Shown piece after piece: positions 54,506-63,192 of a stretch of 64,000 nt of DNA. How positions within the stretch are numbered: position 1 is the stretch's first letter; each line of letters starts with the position of its first letter. The notes below the pieces were generated by a model. That model did no database searches and was not told the origin of the DNA. It worked only from the letters and a program-made list of their open reading frames with translations. The stretch comes from Synechococcus sp. (GTDB lineage Bacteria; Cyanobacteriota; Cyanobacteriia; PCC-6307; Cyanobiaceae): positions 1,184,001-1,248,000 of the forward strand of contig JBJBDL010000003.1 in the NCBI GenBank assembly GCA_047285305.1. Direction: 5' to 3'. The position numbers and the translations under genes are program-made.

Positions 54506-55162
54506 TCAATCGAGCAAGGAGAGCTGCTGGTGCTTGTTTGCGGGGGCAGCTGGCTTGAGTGCTCTGCAGTCCCACGGCTCCGCTGGCGATGGCGTGAGCA
54601 TCGGCTTGAGGGCGCGTCGGTGAGCTCCATCACCCGGTTCCAGCCAGATGCTCTCCAACCCCTCGGGAATGATCACCGGCATTCGATCGTGCAATGGGGC
54701 CACCAGGCTGTTGGGCTGGGTCGTGATCACGCAGCAAGTCTCCACTTCACTGCCATCGGGGCCGATCCAGCGGTCCCAGACACCGGCCAGCCAGAACATC
54801 TGCCGGTCTTTGCGCTGGATCAGATGCCCCTTTTCAAAAAAGCCCGTGCTGGGCAGAAGGCAGCGGTGATGACGCCATGGCCCGCGAAAGGAGGCTTTCT
54901 CCGCAATGGTCTCGGCGCGGGCATTGATCGGTCGCGGCGCCTGCAATGGGTCCTTGACCCAGCCCGGAAGGAGGCCCCAGAGCATGTGGGAGAGACGCTC
55001 TTCACCATGCTCACGCCGCACCGCCAGCACCGGTTCGTGGGGGCGGATCAGCTCGCGGGGGGCGTAATGCTCCAGCCAGGCGCTGTCGTCTGGCCGCAAC
55101 CAGCTGCGCAGCAGCTGCTTCAATTCCGCGCGAGGCGTGTCGAGACAGTAGCGACCACACAT
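54506..55162 (-). CDS. SOS response-associated peptidase (SRAP/YedK/HMCES)
   Basis: N-terminal MCGRY, WGL.P.W, INARAET, GFFE, HDRMPV. Confidence 0.93.
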   Translation of the reverse strand: MCGRYCLDTPRAELKQLLRSWLRPDDSAWLEHYAPRELIRPHEPVLAVRREHGEERLSHMLWGLLPGWVKDPLQAPRPINARAETIAEKASFRGPWRHHRCLLPSTGFFEKGHLIQRKDRQMFWLAGVWDRWIGPDGSEVETCCVITTQPNSLVAPLHDRMPVIIPEGLESIWLEPGDGAHRRALKPMLTPSPAEPWDCRALKPAAPANKHQQLSLLD

Positions 55163-55246
55163 GGGCAGAAGCTAGGCGCCGTTCGGTTCTCACACCCGTT
55201 GATTGCCAGAGATCCCTCGTAGCGTGTCAGAACTCTCAGGCCATTC

Positions 55247-57121
55247 ATGCCGATCCGCCAGGACGACAACCAGCCGAACCGTCGCTTCGGGATCATCAAC
55301 CTGGTGCTGATTGGCTTTGGGGTGTTGCTGCTGGCCAGCAGCTTCATCCCCAGCAATGGCATGCAGCAGGTGCCCCGGGTGCCCTACTCCCTGTTCATCG
55401 ATCAGGTGAATGACGGTGCGGTGAAGCGGGCCTTCATCACGCAAGATCAGATTCGCTACGAGCTGAGTGATCCCGAGGAGGGCACGCCTCCGGTGCTGGC
55501 CACCACGCCGATCTTCGACATGGACCTGCCCCAACGCCTCGAGACCAAGGGCGTTGAATTCGCGGCAGCTCCCCCGAAGAAGCCGAACATTTTCACCACC
55601 ATCCTCAGCTGGGTGGTGCCGCCCCTGATCTTCATCCTGGTGCTGCAGTTTTTCGCCCGTCGCTCGATGGGCGGTGGTGCTCAGGGTGCGTTGAGCTTCA
55701 CCAAGAGCAAGGCCAAGGTGTACGTGCCTGATGAGGAGTCGCGGATCACCTTCGCCGACGTTGCGGGCGTGGATGAGGCGAAGCAGGAACTCACTGAGAT
55801 CGTCGACTTCCTCAAGCGCCCTGAGCGGTACGCCGAGATAGGTGCGCGCATTCCCAAAGGTGTGCTGCTGGTCGGCCCCCCAGGCACCGGTAAGACCCTT
55901 CTTTCCAAGGCCGTGGCCGGCGAAGCAGAAGTGCCGTTCTTCATCATTTCCGGCTCGGAGTTCGTAGAACTCTTCGTTGGTGCCGGTGCCGCTCGCGTGC
56001 GGGACCTGTTTGAAGAAGCGAAGAAAAAAGCGCCCTGCATCATTTTCATCGACGAACTCGACGCCATCGGTAAGAGCCGTTCTGGCTCTATGGGTGTCGT
56101 CGGCGGCAACGACGAACGGGAGCAGACCCTCAACCAGCTGCTCACTGAGATGGATGGCTTCACCGCCCAGGACAAGCCGGTGATCGTTCTGGCGGCAACC
56201 AACCAGCCCGAAGTGCTCGATGCTGCCCTGCTGCGTCCAGGCCGTTTCGACCGTCAAGTGCTGGTGGACCGTCCGGACCTCTCCGGCCGCAAGACTATCC
56301 TCGAGATCTACGCCAAGAAGGTGAAGCTGGCTGCAGGCGTTGATCTCGACAGCGTGGCCCAGGCCACCAGTGGTTTTGCTGGAGCTGATCTAGCCAACCT
56401 AGTGAATGAAGCAGCCCTGCTGGCGGCACGTGCCCAGCGCACCAGCGTCGAGCAGCAGGACCTCGGTGAAGCGATCGAGCGTGTTGTGGCCGGTCTGGAG
56501 AAGAAGAGCCGCGTCCTGCAGGACGACGAAAAGAAGGTTGTCGCGTATCACGAGGTGGGCCACGCGATCGTGGGCCATCTCATGCCTGGCGGCAGCAAGG
56601 TGGCCAAGATCTCGATCGTGCCCCGCGGCATGAGCGCACTGGGCTACACGTTGCAGCTGCCGACGGAAGAGCGGTTCCTCAATTCCAAGGAGGAACTCCA
56701 GGGCCAAATCGCCACACTGCTCGGTGGTCGTTCCGCCGAGGAGATCGTCTTCGGCAAGATCACCACGGGTGCTGCCAACGACCTGCAGCGGGCCACCGAT
56801 CTGGCCGAGCAGATGGTGGGCACCTACGGAATGAGCGACACCCTGGGCCCCTTGGCTTATGACAAGCAGGGTGGTGGCCGTTTCCTTGGTGGAGGCAACA
56901 ACCCACGCCGCTCGGTTAGTGATGCCACGGCCCAGGCCATCGATAAGGAGGTCCGCGGGCTGGTGGACCAGGCCCACGACGACGCCCTTGCGATCCTGCG
57001 GGAGAACATGGCGCTGCTCGAGACGATCGCCCAGAAGATCCTTGAAAAAGAGGTGATCGAGGGGGATGACCTCAAGCAGATGCTTGAGGCGAGTGTGCTG
57101 CCGTCGGGTGTGACCGCTTGA
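55247..57121 (+). CDS. ftsH: ATP-dependent zinc metalloprotease FtsH (probably FtsH4 subtype)
   Basis: Two TM helices, [24 protein letters not shown]. Confidence 0.97.
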   Translation: MPIRQDDNQPNRRFGIINLVLIGFGVLLLASSFIPSNGMQQVPRVPYSLFIDQVNDGAVKRAFITQDQIRYELSDPEEGTPPVLATTPIFDMDLPQRLETKGVEFAAAPPKKPNIFTTILSWVVPPLIFILVLQFFARRSMGGGAQGALSFTKSKAKVYVPDEESRITFADVAGVDEAKQELTEIVDFLKRPERYAEIGARIPKGVLLVGPPGTGKTLLSKAVAGEAEVPFFIISGSEFVELFVGAGAARVRDLFEEAKKKAPCIIFIDELDAIGKSRSGSMGVVGGNDEREQTLNQLLTEMDGFTAQDKPVIVLAATNQPEVLDAALLRPGRFDRQVLVDRPDLSGRKTILEIYAKKVKLAAGVDLDSVAQATSGFAGADLANLVNEAALLAARAQRTSVEQQDLGEAIERVVAGLEKKSRVLQDDEKKVVAYHEVGHAIVGHLMPGGSKVAKISIVPRGMSALGYTLQLPTEERFLNSKEELQGQIATLLGGRSAEEIVFGKITTGAANDLQRATDLAEQMVGTYGMSDTLGPLAYDKQGGGRFLGGGNNPRRSVSDATAQAIDKEVRGLVDQAHDDALAILRENMALLETIAQKILEKEVIEGDDLKQMLEASVLPSGVTA

Positions 57122-57166
57122 CGGCATAGGGCCTCATCCCCGATAACAGTCCTTTGAACCGTCGCG

Positions 57167-58123
57167 ATGGCTACCGCTTCTGCGGGCGTTGCTGCTGTCC
57201 TTTCTCCGCTCTGCGGATGTGACTTCCTTTCTTCTGCGGATTGTTCCGCCGAGGAAACAGCAGCGTTGCTGGATCTGGCTGCACAACTGAAGAGCGGCGA
57301 TCGTCGTATCGATCTCGGCAACCGTGTTCTGGGTCTGATCTTCAGCAAGGCCTCCACCCGAACCCGTGTGAGTTTTCAGGTGGCCATGGCCCGCCTCGGC
57401 GGCCAGACGGTGGATCTCAATCCTTCCGTCACCCAGCTCGGCCGCGGCGAGCCGCTGGAAGATACGTCCCGGGTTCTGAGCCGTTACTGCGATGTGCTGG
57501 CGATTCGCACCTTTGCTCAGCAGGAACTGGTTGATTACGCCCACTGGGCCTCGGTGCCGGTGATCAATGCCCTCACCGATCTGGAACATCCCTGTCAGGC
57601 GCTGGCGGACTTCCTCACAATGAAGGAAGCCCATGGCGCCCTTCCTGGTCAGACCCTGGCCTATGTGGGCGACGGCAACAACGTGGCCCACTCTCTGATG
57701 CTTTGCGGCGCGTTGCTAGGGGTGAATGTGCGGATCGGCTGCCCAGAGGGCTTCGAGCCCTTGCCGGGCGTGGTTGAGCAGGCCCAATCCCTGGCACAGC
57801 ACGATGCCTCGATTGAGGTGGTGAGCGATCCCCGTGAGGCGGTGGCGGGTGCCCAGGCTGTTTACACCGATGTCTGGGCCTCCATGGGCCAGGAGGCAGA
57901 ACAGGCTCAGCGGGAGCTGGCCTTTGCTGGATTCTGTGTGGATCAAGCCCTGATGGAGCAGGCGGCAGCCGATGCGATCGTTCTGCACTGCCTGCCGGCC
58001 CACCGCGGTGAGGAGATCAGCGCTGAGGTGATGGAGGGCACGGCGAGCCGCATCTTTGATCAGGCGGAAAACCGCCTGCATGCGCAGCAGGCTCTGTTGG
58101 CGGTATTGATGGGTGGTCTGTGA
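57167..58123 (+). CDS. argF: Ornithine carbamoyltransferase
   Basis: STRTR, HPCQ, GDGNN, DVWASMG, HCLP. Confidence 0.97.
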   Translation: MATASAGVAAVLSPLCGCDFLSSADCSAEETAALLDLAAQLKSGDRRIDLGNRVLGLIFSKASTRTRVSFQVAMARLGGQTVDLNPSVTQLGRGEPLEDTSRVLSRYCDVLAIRTFAQQELVDYAHWASVPVINALTDLEHPCQALADFLTMKEAHGALPGQTLAYVGDGNNVAHSLMLCGALLGVNVRIGCPEGFEPLPGVVEQAQSLAQHDASIEVVSDPREAVAGAQAVYTDVWASMGQEAEQAQRELAFAGFCVDQALMEQAAADAIVLHCLPAHRGEEISAEVMEGTASRIFDQAENRLHAQQALLAVLMGGL

Positions 58124-58443
58124 CGGTGATCCACCGCTGGTTGGTGCCGTTGATCGTCACCGCCCATGCGGTGGCTGCGTCAGCGGATCAGGCCACTGAC
58201 AAACAACAGCAGAGCACCATTGCCCGATGGACGGCCGAGAAAATCTGTGAAATGGGTGTGGATGCCTTTTACGCGTTGCCGGATGCTGAGCTCAAAACCA
58301 TGTTTGAGCGCGACACGTCGATGCGTTATGAGGATGTCCCCAACACACCAACCGATCAGGAAAAGTCCCGTATCACCGGGCAGTTGATGGGATATCTGAT
58401 GGCGGCCTGTCCGCAACAGCTTGAGTCCTACAAAAACCGCTGA
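58120..58443 (+). CDS. Hypothetical secreted protein (107 aa, two Cys)
   Basis: GTGA overlap with argF; signal-peptide-like N-terminus. Confidence 0.65.
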   Translation: MTVIHRWLVPLIVTAHAVAASADQATDKQQQSTIARWTAEKICEMGVDAFYALPDAELKTMFERDTSMRYEDVPNTPTDQEKSRITGQLMGYLMAACPQQLESYKNR

Positions 58444-58451
58444 AGAGCATC

Positions 58452-58679
58452 TTGATGCGTAAGGAACGCTGCTGGGTTTGGTTCAAAGGTGGCCTCTCGG
58501 AGGAGGGGCACTGGATGTCGGGCTGGGTGGCCAGCACAACCGAGCAGCCGGGCCTGCTGATTGAGCATCCCGGCTACGTCCCCTGCCGGGTTCCGGAATG
58601 GCGTGTGGTGTTCAAGGAGCCCAAAGACCTGAAGCTGGCGCCGAGCATTCCCGAGGCTGCGGTGTGGAAGCTGGTTTGA
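58452..58679 (+). CDS. Small Trp-rich hypothetical protein
   Basis: RCWVWFKGG, CRVPEWRV; genome-typical codon use; fills the gap before lexA. Confidence 0.7.
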   Translation: MMRKERCWVWFKGGLSEEGHWMSGWVASTTEQPGLLIEHPGYVPCRVPEWRVVFKEPKDLKLAPSIPEAAVWKLV

Positions 58680-58713
58680 ACCGAGTCTGCGCTTGCAGCA
58701 CACGGCAAGGAAC

Positions 58714-58727
58714 GGTACAAATGTATT
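58714..58727. promoter_or_regulatory. Cyanobacterial-type LexA box upstream of lexA
   Basis: GGTACAAATGTATT resembles RGTAC-N4-GTWC; ends 19 nt before the GTG start. Confidence 0.75.
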
Positions 58728-58746
58728 GCCTGAACTTTTTCTTGCG

Positions 58747-59370
58747 GTGAACCGTGCCCCCCAGGAGCCCCTCACCACTGCTCAGCAAGAGCTTTACGAC
58801 TGGCTGGCGGACTACATCGGCGCCCATCGCCATAGTCCCTCGATTCGCCAGATGATGCAGGCGATGGGACTGCGCTCTCCTGCGCCGATCCAGAGCCGGT
58901 TGCGCCATCTTCAGCAGAAGGGATGGATCACCTGGCAGGAAGGCCAGGCGCGCACCTTGCAGCTCTTGGGCGACATGGTGGGTGCCGCCGGGATTCCTGT
59001 GCTGGGTGCCGTTGCCGCCGGTGGCCTTGTGACTGCTTTCGATGATGTTCAGGAGCATCTCGACCTGGCGCCGGTGCTGGAGACCCGCGGCCTGTTTGCC
59101 CTGACGGTGAATGGTGACTCGATGGTCGACTCCCATATCGCCGATGGGGATGTGGTGTTGATGGAGCCGGTGCAGGATCCGCAGCGGCTGCGCAACGGCA
59201 CGGTGGTGAGTGCTCTGGTGGCCGGCAGTGGCACCACACTCAAGCATTTCCATCGCCAAGGGGCGACGGTGGTGCTGGAAGCTGCCAACCCTGCTTATCA
59301 ACCGATTGAGCTTCCCGCCGAACAGGTGGAGGTGCAGGGTCGCTTGGTTGCCGTTTGGCGGCAGGTCTGA
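58747..59370 (+). CDS. lexA: SOS repressor LexA
   Basis: LT..QQE wHTH, PSIRQM, VAAG cleavage site, GDSM Ser, TLK Lys; GTG start. Confidence 0.96.
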   Translation: MNRAPQEPLTTAQQELYDWLADYIGAHRHSPSIRQMMQAMGLRSPAPIQSRLRHLQQKGWITWQEGQARTLQLLGDMVGAAGIPVLGAVAAGGLVTAFDDVQEHLDLAPVLETRGLFALTVNGDSMVDSHIADGDVVLMEPVQDPQRLRNGTVVSALVAGSGTTLKHFHRQGATVVLEAANPAYQPIELPAEQVEVQGRLVAVWRQV

Positions 59371-59430
59371 GGCTCCCGCGGTGTAAGCTGTGACACGACA
59401 ACGGCGGCTTTGAAGCCACCACGTCGACAT

Positions 59431-59503
59431 GGGGCCATAGCTCAGCTGGTAGAGCACCTGCATGGCATGCAGGGGGTCAGGAGTTCGAGTCTCCTTGGCT
59501 CCA
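59431..59503 (+). tRNA. tRNA-Ala(GGC)
   Basis: GGGGCCA acceptor stem with G3:U70, CCTGC-ATGGCAT-GCAGG anticodon arm, GTTCGAGTC. Confidence 0.97.
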
Positions 59504-59599
59504 TTCTTGAAAAACACAGTCCTAGACAAGGTTTTCGGCGGTCACTAGACCCCTTTTTTGTTGTCTGGCTACAGCTGGCTACGGCCTGTTAGGGCTGTT

Positions 59600-59632
59600 C
59601 TGCTCTAAATCCTGCTCTAAAACTGCTCTGGA
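59600..59632 (+). repeat. Tandem CTGCTCTAAA direct repeats (putative integrase arm sites)
   Basis: CTGCTCTAAA at 59600 and 59612, CTGCTCTgga at 59623; just upstream of the integrase-like ORF. Confidence 0.7.
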
Positions 59633-59646
59633 TCACGACAGCAGTC

Positions 59647-60453
59647 ATGGCGCCCCAGAAGTGGGAACAAACTCTTCGCCGCCAGATCCGGGACAACCAC
59701 GGCGCTGGTTGGAACGTCATTCAGCAATCCGGCAAATGCAAGCTGACGCGCCGCTACGAAGACGGCGCTAAGAGCGCCAAGGTGCTGCCTATTGAGTGGA
59801 AGGCCACCAACTCGGTGCAGATCTTGAACGCCGTCACACGCGTTCGTGAGTTGGTTGAAACCAGGAACATCAGCATCGCTGAAGCGGTCCGCTTGGACAC
59901 TGAGGCGCTAGCCACTCTTGAGGAACACAACGGCACTGCTGATGCCTGGCTGTATTGGCGCACCAAGGAAGACGGTGAAGTTGACGACACCTACTGCTTA
60001 AAGCGGATCAAAGACCGCAGCGGCACTGTTGAGGTAGGCACCGTCTATCAATTCACAGGCAGCAGTGAAGACCGTCGCCTGACCTTTAAGGGCATGCGTG
60101 ACAGGACGGTGAGCCTTGATCAAATAGCCACTGATCGGGAACGGGTTAAGCGGTTTCTGCTGACGCATGAACCTGCGAAGTTCACCGCCAAACAGGTTTA
60201 TGAGCACAACCCTGGTCTGTCGCTTGGCTACTGCAAGAACCTGCTGGCAGGGCTTCACGGGGAGCCGTTAAGCGTCATAAGGCGGGAAAAGGTCACTGGC
60301 GGTGTTGGTAGGCCCTCATACGCTTACTTCGCGGTCACAGGTAAGAGTGACAAAGGTGCAAAAGTGACAAACTCCGTGCCTTTAAGCACGGGTTTAACAC
60401 CCTCTGAAAACAGCTCAGAAAGCAGTAATAGGAAGAGTCCTTTTTTCAATTAG
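59647..60453 (+). pseudogene. Chimeric ORF: integrase-like N-terminus fused to a helicase/AAA-like C-terminus
   Basis: First ~95 aa resemble picocyanobacterial tRNA-linked integrase N-termini; no R-H-R-Y catalytic domain; the rest has KDRSG and a wHTH ending GRPSY. Confidence 0.55.
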
Positions 60454-60611
60454 ATACACATCTTGCCTCTGCCTGACCCTGTTATATGCCCTAGAGATGA
60501 AACTAATCAAATTATTCTTTCTTAAAATATTTTACCAAAGCAGTTGCTAGGTATAGTGTATTTTTTAAATACTGTCTAGTATTTCGCAGTTGATTCAATT
60601 GCTATTGCCTT

Positions 60612-61703
60612 TCACTCCTTCATGGCTAAAGTTTTTTGGATGCAATGTTTCCAGGATAGTTGGTTTTGTTTTGGCGAAAATGCTTCCAGTATCTTTTCTC
60701 TTGAATTCGAATACTTAATGCTTAGTCTCTCGCGCTGCTCGTCTGCGACATGTAATAATTCAACAATATTTTGTCCCACAATTGCAATCTTACTGAGCTC
60801 TAGATAGCTTTTGATTGGACTTGCAATTGTTATGCATCCAGCGCTAATAGCATCAACCATTCGGTTGTGACTAGCAAATGCTTTGTTAGTATTGTTGGGA
60901 TCTGACGGAATTAAGCAAAATGTGGCTTTGCTTAATTCCTCTTGCAGTTGCATGGGCTGTTGATCGTGAATCCATTTGACTTTCCTTATTTTTAGTCTGG
61001 ATTCATCATGAACCTCGTTTATTAAATCTGAGAACCTATTTAGTCCCCATTCGCCCGTAAGGATTGTTAGATTGATCTTTTTGCGTTTGACTATTGCAGA
61101 TCTCTTTAAGTCTTTAAGTATGGAGGCCATGAATATTAGGTTTGAATCATGTCCGAACCATATCGCATCAATTTCACTCGTTTCTTTAACATTAAAAGGA
61201 GAGTATTTGACCTGGCATGGATCAAGGATGATAGAATAATTCTTGATTTCTGGGATCCAATCTATGCATTTATTTTTAATTGCTCTGCAGGGGAAAACGA
61301 CATGATCGGCAAATTTGAGGAAATCCCTATGCAATTCCCTTGAGGCTGGCTCTGTATCTTCCATGTGATTTGAATAAATGCAAATCAAAGGTATCTTTCG
61401 GCTTTTTAGTCTTGCTAAAAGTGCAAGCTGTGCCATTGCTTGGGATTGTCGATTCCTCTGACCACGTGTGTGCATCTTTCCGGCAATACAGATGGCAGGG
61501 TGTTCAATGAGCTCTAGATCTTCCGGATGTTGTAATTGTAATGAAAAACATTCAGGAGTTAGTCCAATTTCCTTGCAGGCTTCGAAAGCTGGTTTTAATT
61601 GAAGTCGAAGAGAAGCTACGCCTGCACATCTTGCAAGTGAACAAAAGCCATGATAATTATCGGTTGGTTGGAGAAAAAGTGCTTGAGAGTGATAGTGATT
61701 CAT
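60612..61703 (-). CDS. GT-B fold glycosyltransferase-like protein
   Basis: IWFGH..N, FCLIPS...K...SHNRMVDAISAGCITIASPIKSY; AT-rich. Confidence 0.65.
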   Translation of the reverse strand: MNHYHSQALFLQPTDNYHGFCSLARCAGVASLRLQLKPAFEACKEIGLTPECFSLQLQHPEDLELIEHPAICIAGKMHTRGQRNRQSQAMAQLALLARLKSRKIPLICIYSNHMEDTEPASRELHRDFLKFADHVVFPCRAIKNKCIDWIPEIKNYSIILDPCQVKYSPFNVKETSEIDAIWFGHDSNLIFMASILKDLKRSAIVKRKKINLTILTGEWGLNRFSDLINEVHDESRLKIRKVKWIHDQQPMQLQEELSKATFCLIPSDPNNTNKAFASHNRMVDAISAGCITIASPIKSYLELSKIAIVGQNIVELLHVADEQRERLSIKYSNSREKILEAFSPKQNQLSWKHCIQKTLAMKE

Positions 61704-61917
61704 ATTAGAATAGTTTAAAGAACTTTAAAGGTGCTTTTCATCTGCTGTCCTACGTAGTATATAATGATTCCGATGCGTCGTCGATTCTTTTGGCATTAAT
61801 GAAAATCTTTTTTCTTAATGCGATGTGAACGCAATTCGATGGCAAGTGTAGTAGATTATATGTTCTCGGTCGAGTTCGTGTATTATTGGATTCCATGAAT
61901 CTTGCTGGCTATCGTAA

Positions 61918-62445
61918 GTGAAAAACAAGGTGATGCTGAATCTGGGATGTGGTGACAAAATAATCCCCGGATATATCAATATCGATGCAGCCGTTTCACG
62001 TGCAGGATTGAAACCTGACATTGTCGCCGATATTCGTGATTTAAAGAATATTAAAACAGGAATTGCCGATGAAATCCTGGCGGTCCATGTCATTGAACAT
62101 TTTTTTTACTGGGAGGTAGTTTCTCTCCTGAGTGGATGGCGTCGAATTCTTAAGTCTGGAGGGAAAATAGTGTTAGAGTGCCCAAATCTCTTGTTCGCTT
62201 GTCAAATGATTGTGAACAATCCTGAGAAGTGTAGTCAGTCAGGAAAAGATGGTCAAATGTCTATGTGGTCGTTGTATGGAGATCCGTCATGGAAGGATCC
62301 CTTGATGTGTCATAAGTGGGCATATACCCCTGATTCTCTGAAGTTAGTAATGAAAAAGGCTGGATTCATTCAATTACGGCAAGAGCCTGCTCAGTTCAAG
62401 CTGCGAGAGCCACGTGATATGCGCATCGTTGGCATCAATCCTTGA
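61918..62445 (+). CDS. Class I SAM-dependent methyltransferase
   Basis: LNLGCG, YINID, DEILAVHVIEH, WRRILKSGG..LECP. Confidence 0.88.
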   Translation: MKNKVMLNLGCGDKIIPGYINIDAAVSRAGLKPDIVADIRDLKNIKTGIADEILAVHVIEHFFYWEVVSLLSGWRRILKSGGKIVLECPNLLFACQMIVNNPEKCSQSGKDGQMSMWSLYGDPSWKDPLMCHKWAYTPDSLKLVMKKAGFIQLRQEPAQFKLREPRDMRIVGINP

Positions 62446-62705
62446 CCTGTAAAGAGGGCATAGTCGCCTTTTGCACCAGAAATTACCTGAACTCTGATTT
62501 CAGCCGCGAGATTGATGCCATCAGGCCAGATGTTGTGCGTACAGTTGACGTCAGCATCATTGGTGTTCACATTGACGCTGACCAGATCAAAGCGGCTCAA
62601 GAAATTGAGCGGCATGAACGGGAGCTGCTGGAAGACATCAGGAGCCGTTTGCAGGGCAAGTCTCTTAAGAGCACCTACCCCATCAGTAGGTGGTCAATCC
62701 TCTGA
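62442..62705 (+). pseudogene. Short ORF, probable gene fragment
   Basis: 87 aa; GC rises again here; GVHID followed by a charged helix. Confidence 0.3.
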
Positions 62706-62744
62706 AATGCCTGCTGTGACTACGAGCTGTGGGCTTTTCCGCTT

Positions 62745-62765
62745 TTTAGAGCAATTCTTATAGCA
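62745..62765 (-). repeat. Inverted pair of the TGCTCTAAA motif
   Basis: Minus strand reads TGCTATAAG (62757-62765) then TGCTCTAAA (62745-62753); same 12-bp period as the 59601/59613 copies. Confidence 0.65.
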
Positions 62766-63146
62766 TCAGCGCCTGTGGACCTGGTGAGTAAAGCGACCAC
62801 GGAAGTGCGCTTCAAATTGCCGATCCAGTTGAGGCTGCACCAACATCGCCCTCAAAGAATTGAGTGCGCCAATCGCAGCTGAGTATTGCTGCGCTTGTTC
62901 ACTCTTGGCGGCTAGGCGTTGATATTGCGTCGCTAACCAACCCACCATGTGCTGAAGCTCAACCGAGTTCAGGGCGTTGGCAAGCTCTCCTTGGGCGAGT
63001 TCTATGTCACGCAGGCTGGTTCTACGGCTGCACCCCCATGTCTGCGACAGCTGCGTCGCTGCATCAGTTGGCGGAACACCATCAGCAATCAGCTGAAGAG
63101 CCTCACTGCGGCGTTGCTGGCGCTGCTGCTTGGTGGTGATGGTCAT
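62766..63146 (-). CDS. HTH protein, small-terminase-like
   Basis: N-terminal HTH (ALQLIADG...WGCSRRTSLRDI), then helices ending QYSAAIGALNSL. Confidence 0.6.
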   Translation of the reverse strand: MTITTKQQRQQRRSEALQLIADGVPPTDAATQLSQTWGCSRRTSLRDIELAQGELANALNSVELQHMVGWLATQYQRLAAKSEQAQQYSAAIGALNSLRAMLVQPQLDRQFEAHFRGRFTHQVHRR

Positions 63147-63192
63147 GGATCAGCCCCTAAAAAGATCGGTGTGTCTCTGATGGAAAGACCGC

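Noticed and set aside
58612..59529. 305-aa minus-strand ORF
   Set aside because: It is antisense to lexA and tRNA-Ala; spurious.
60567..60584. AAATACT-gtct-AGTATTT inverted repeat in the island
   Set aside because: A short AT-rich inverted repeat in AT-rich DNA can arise by chance; at most a weak terminator.
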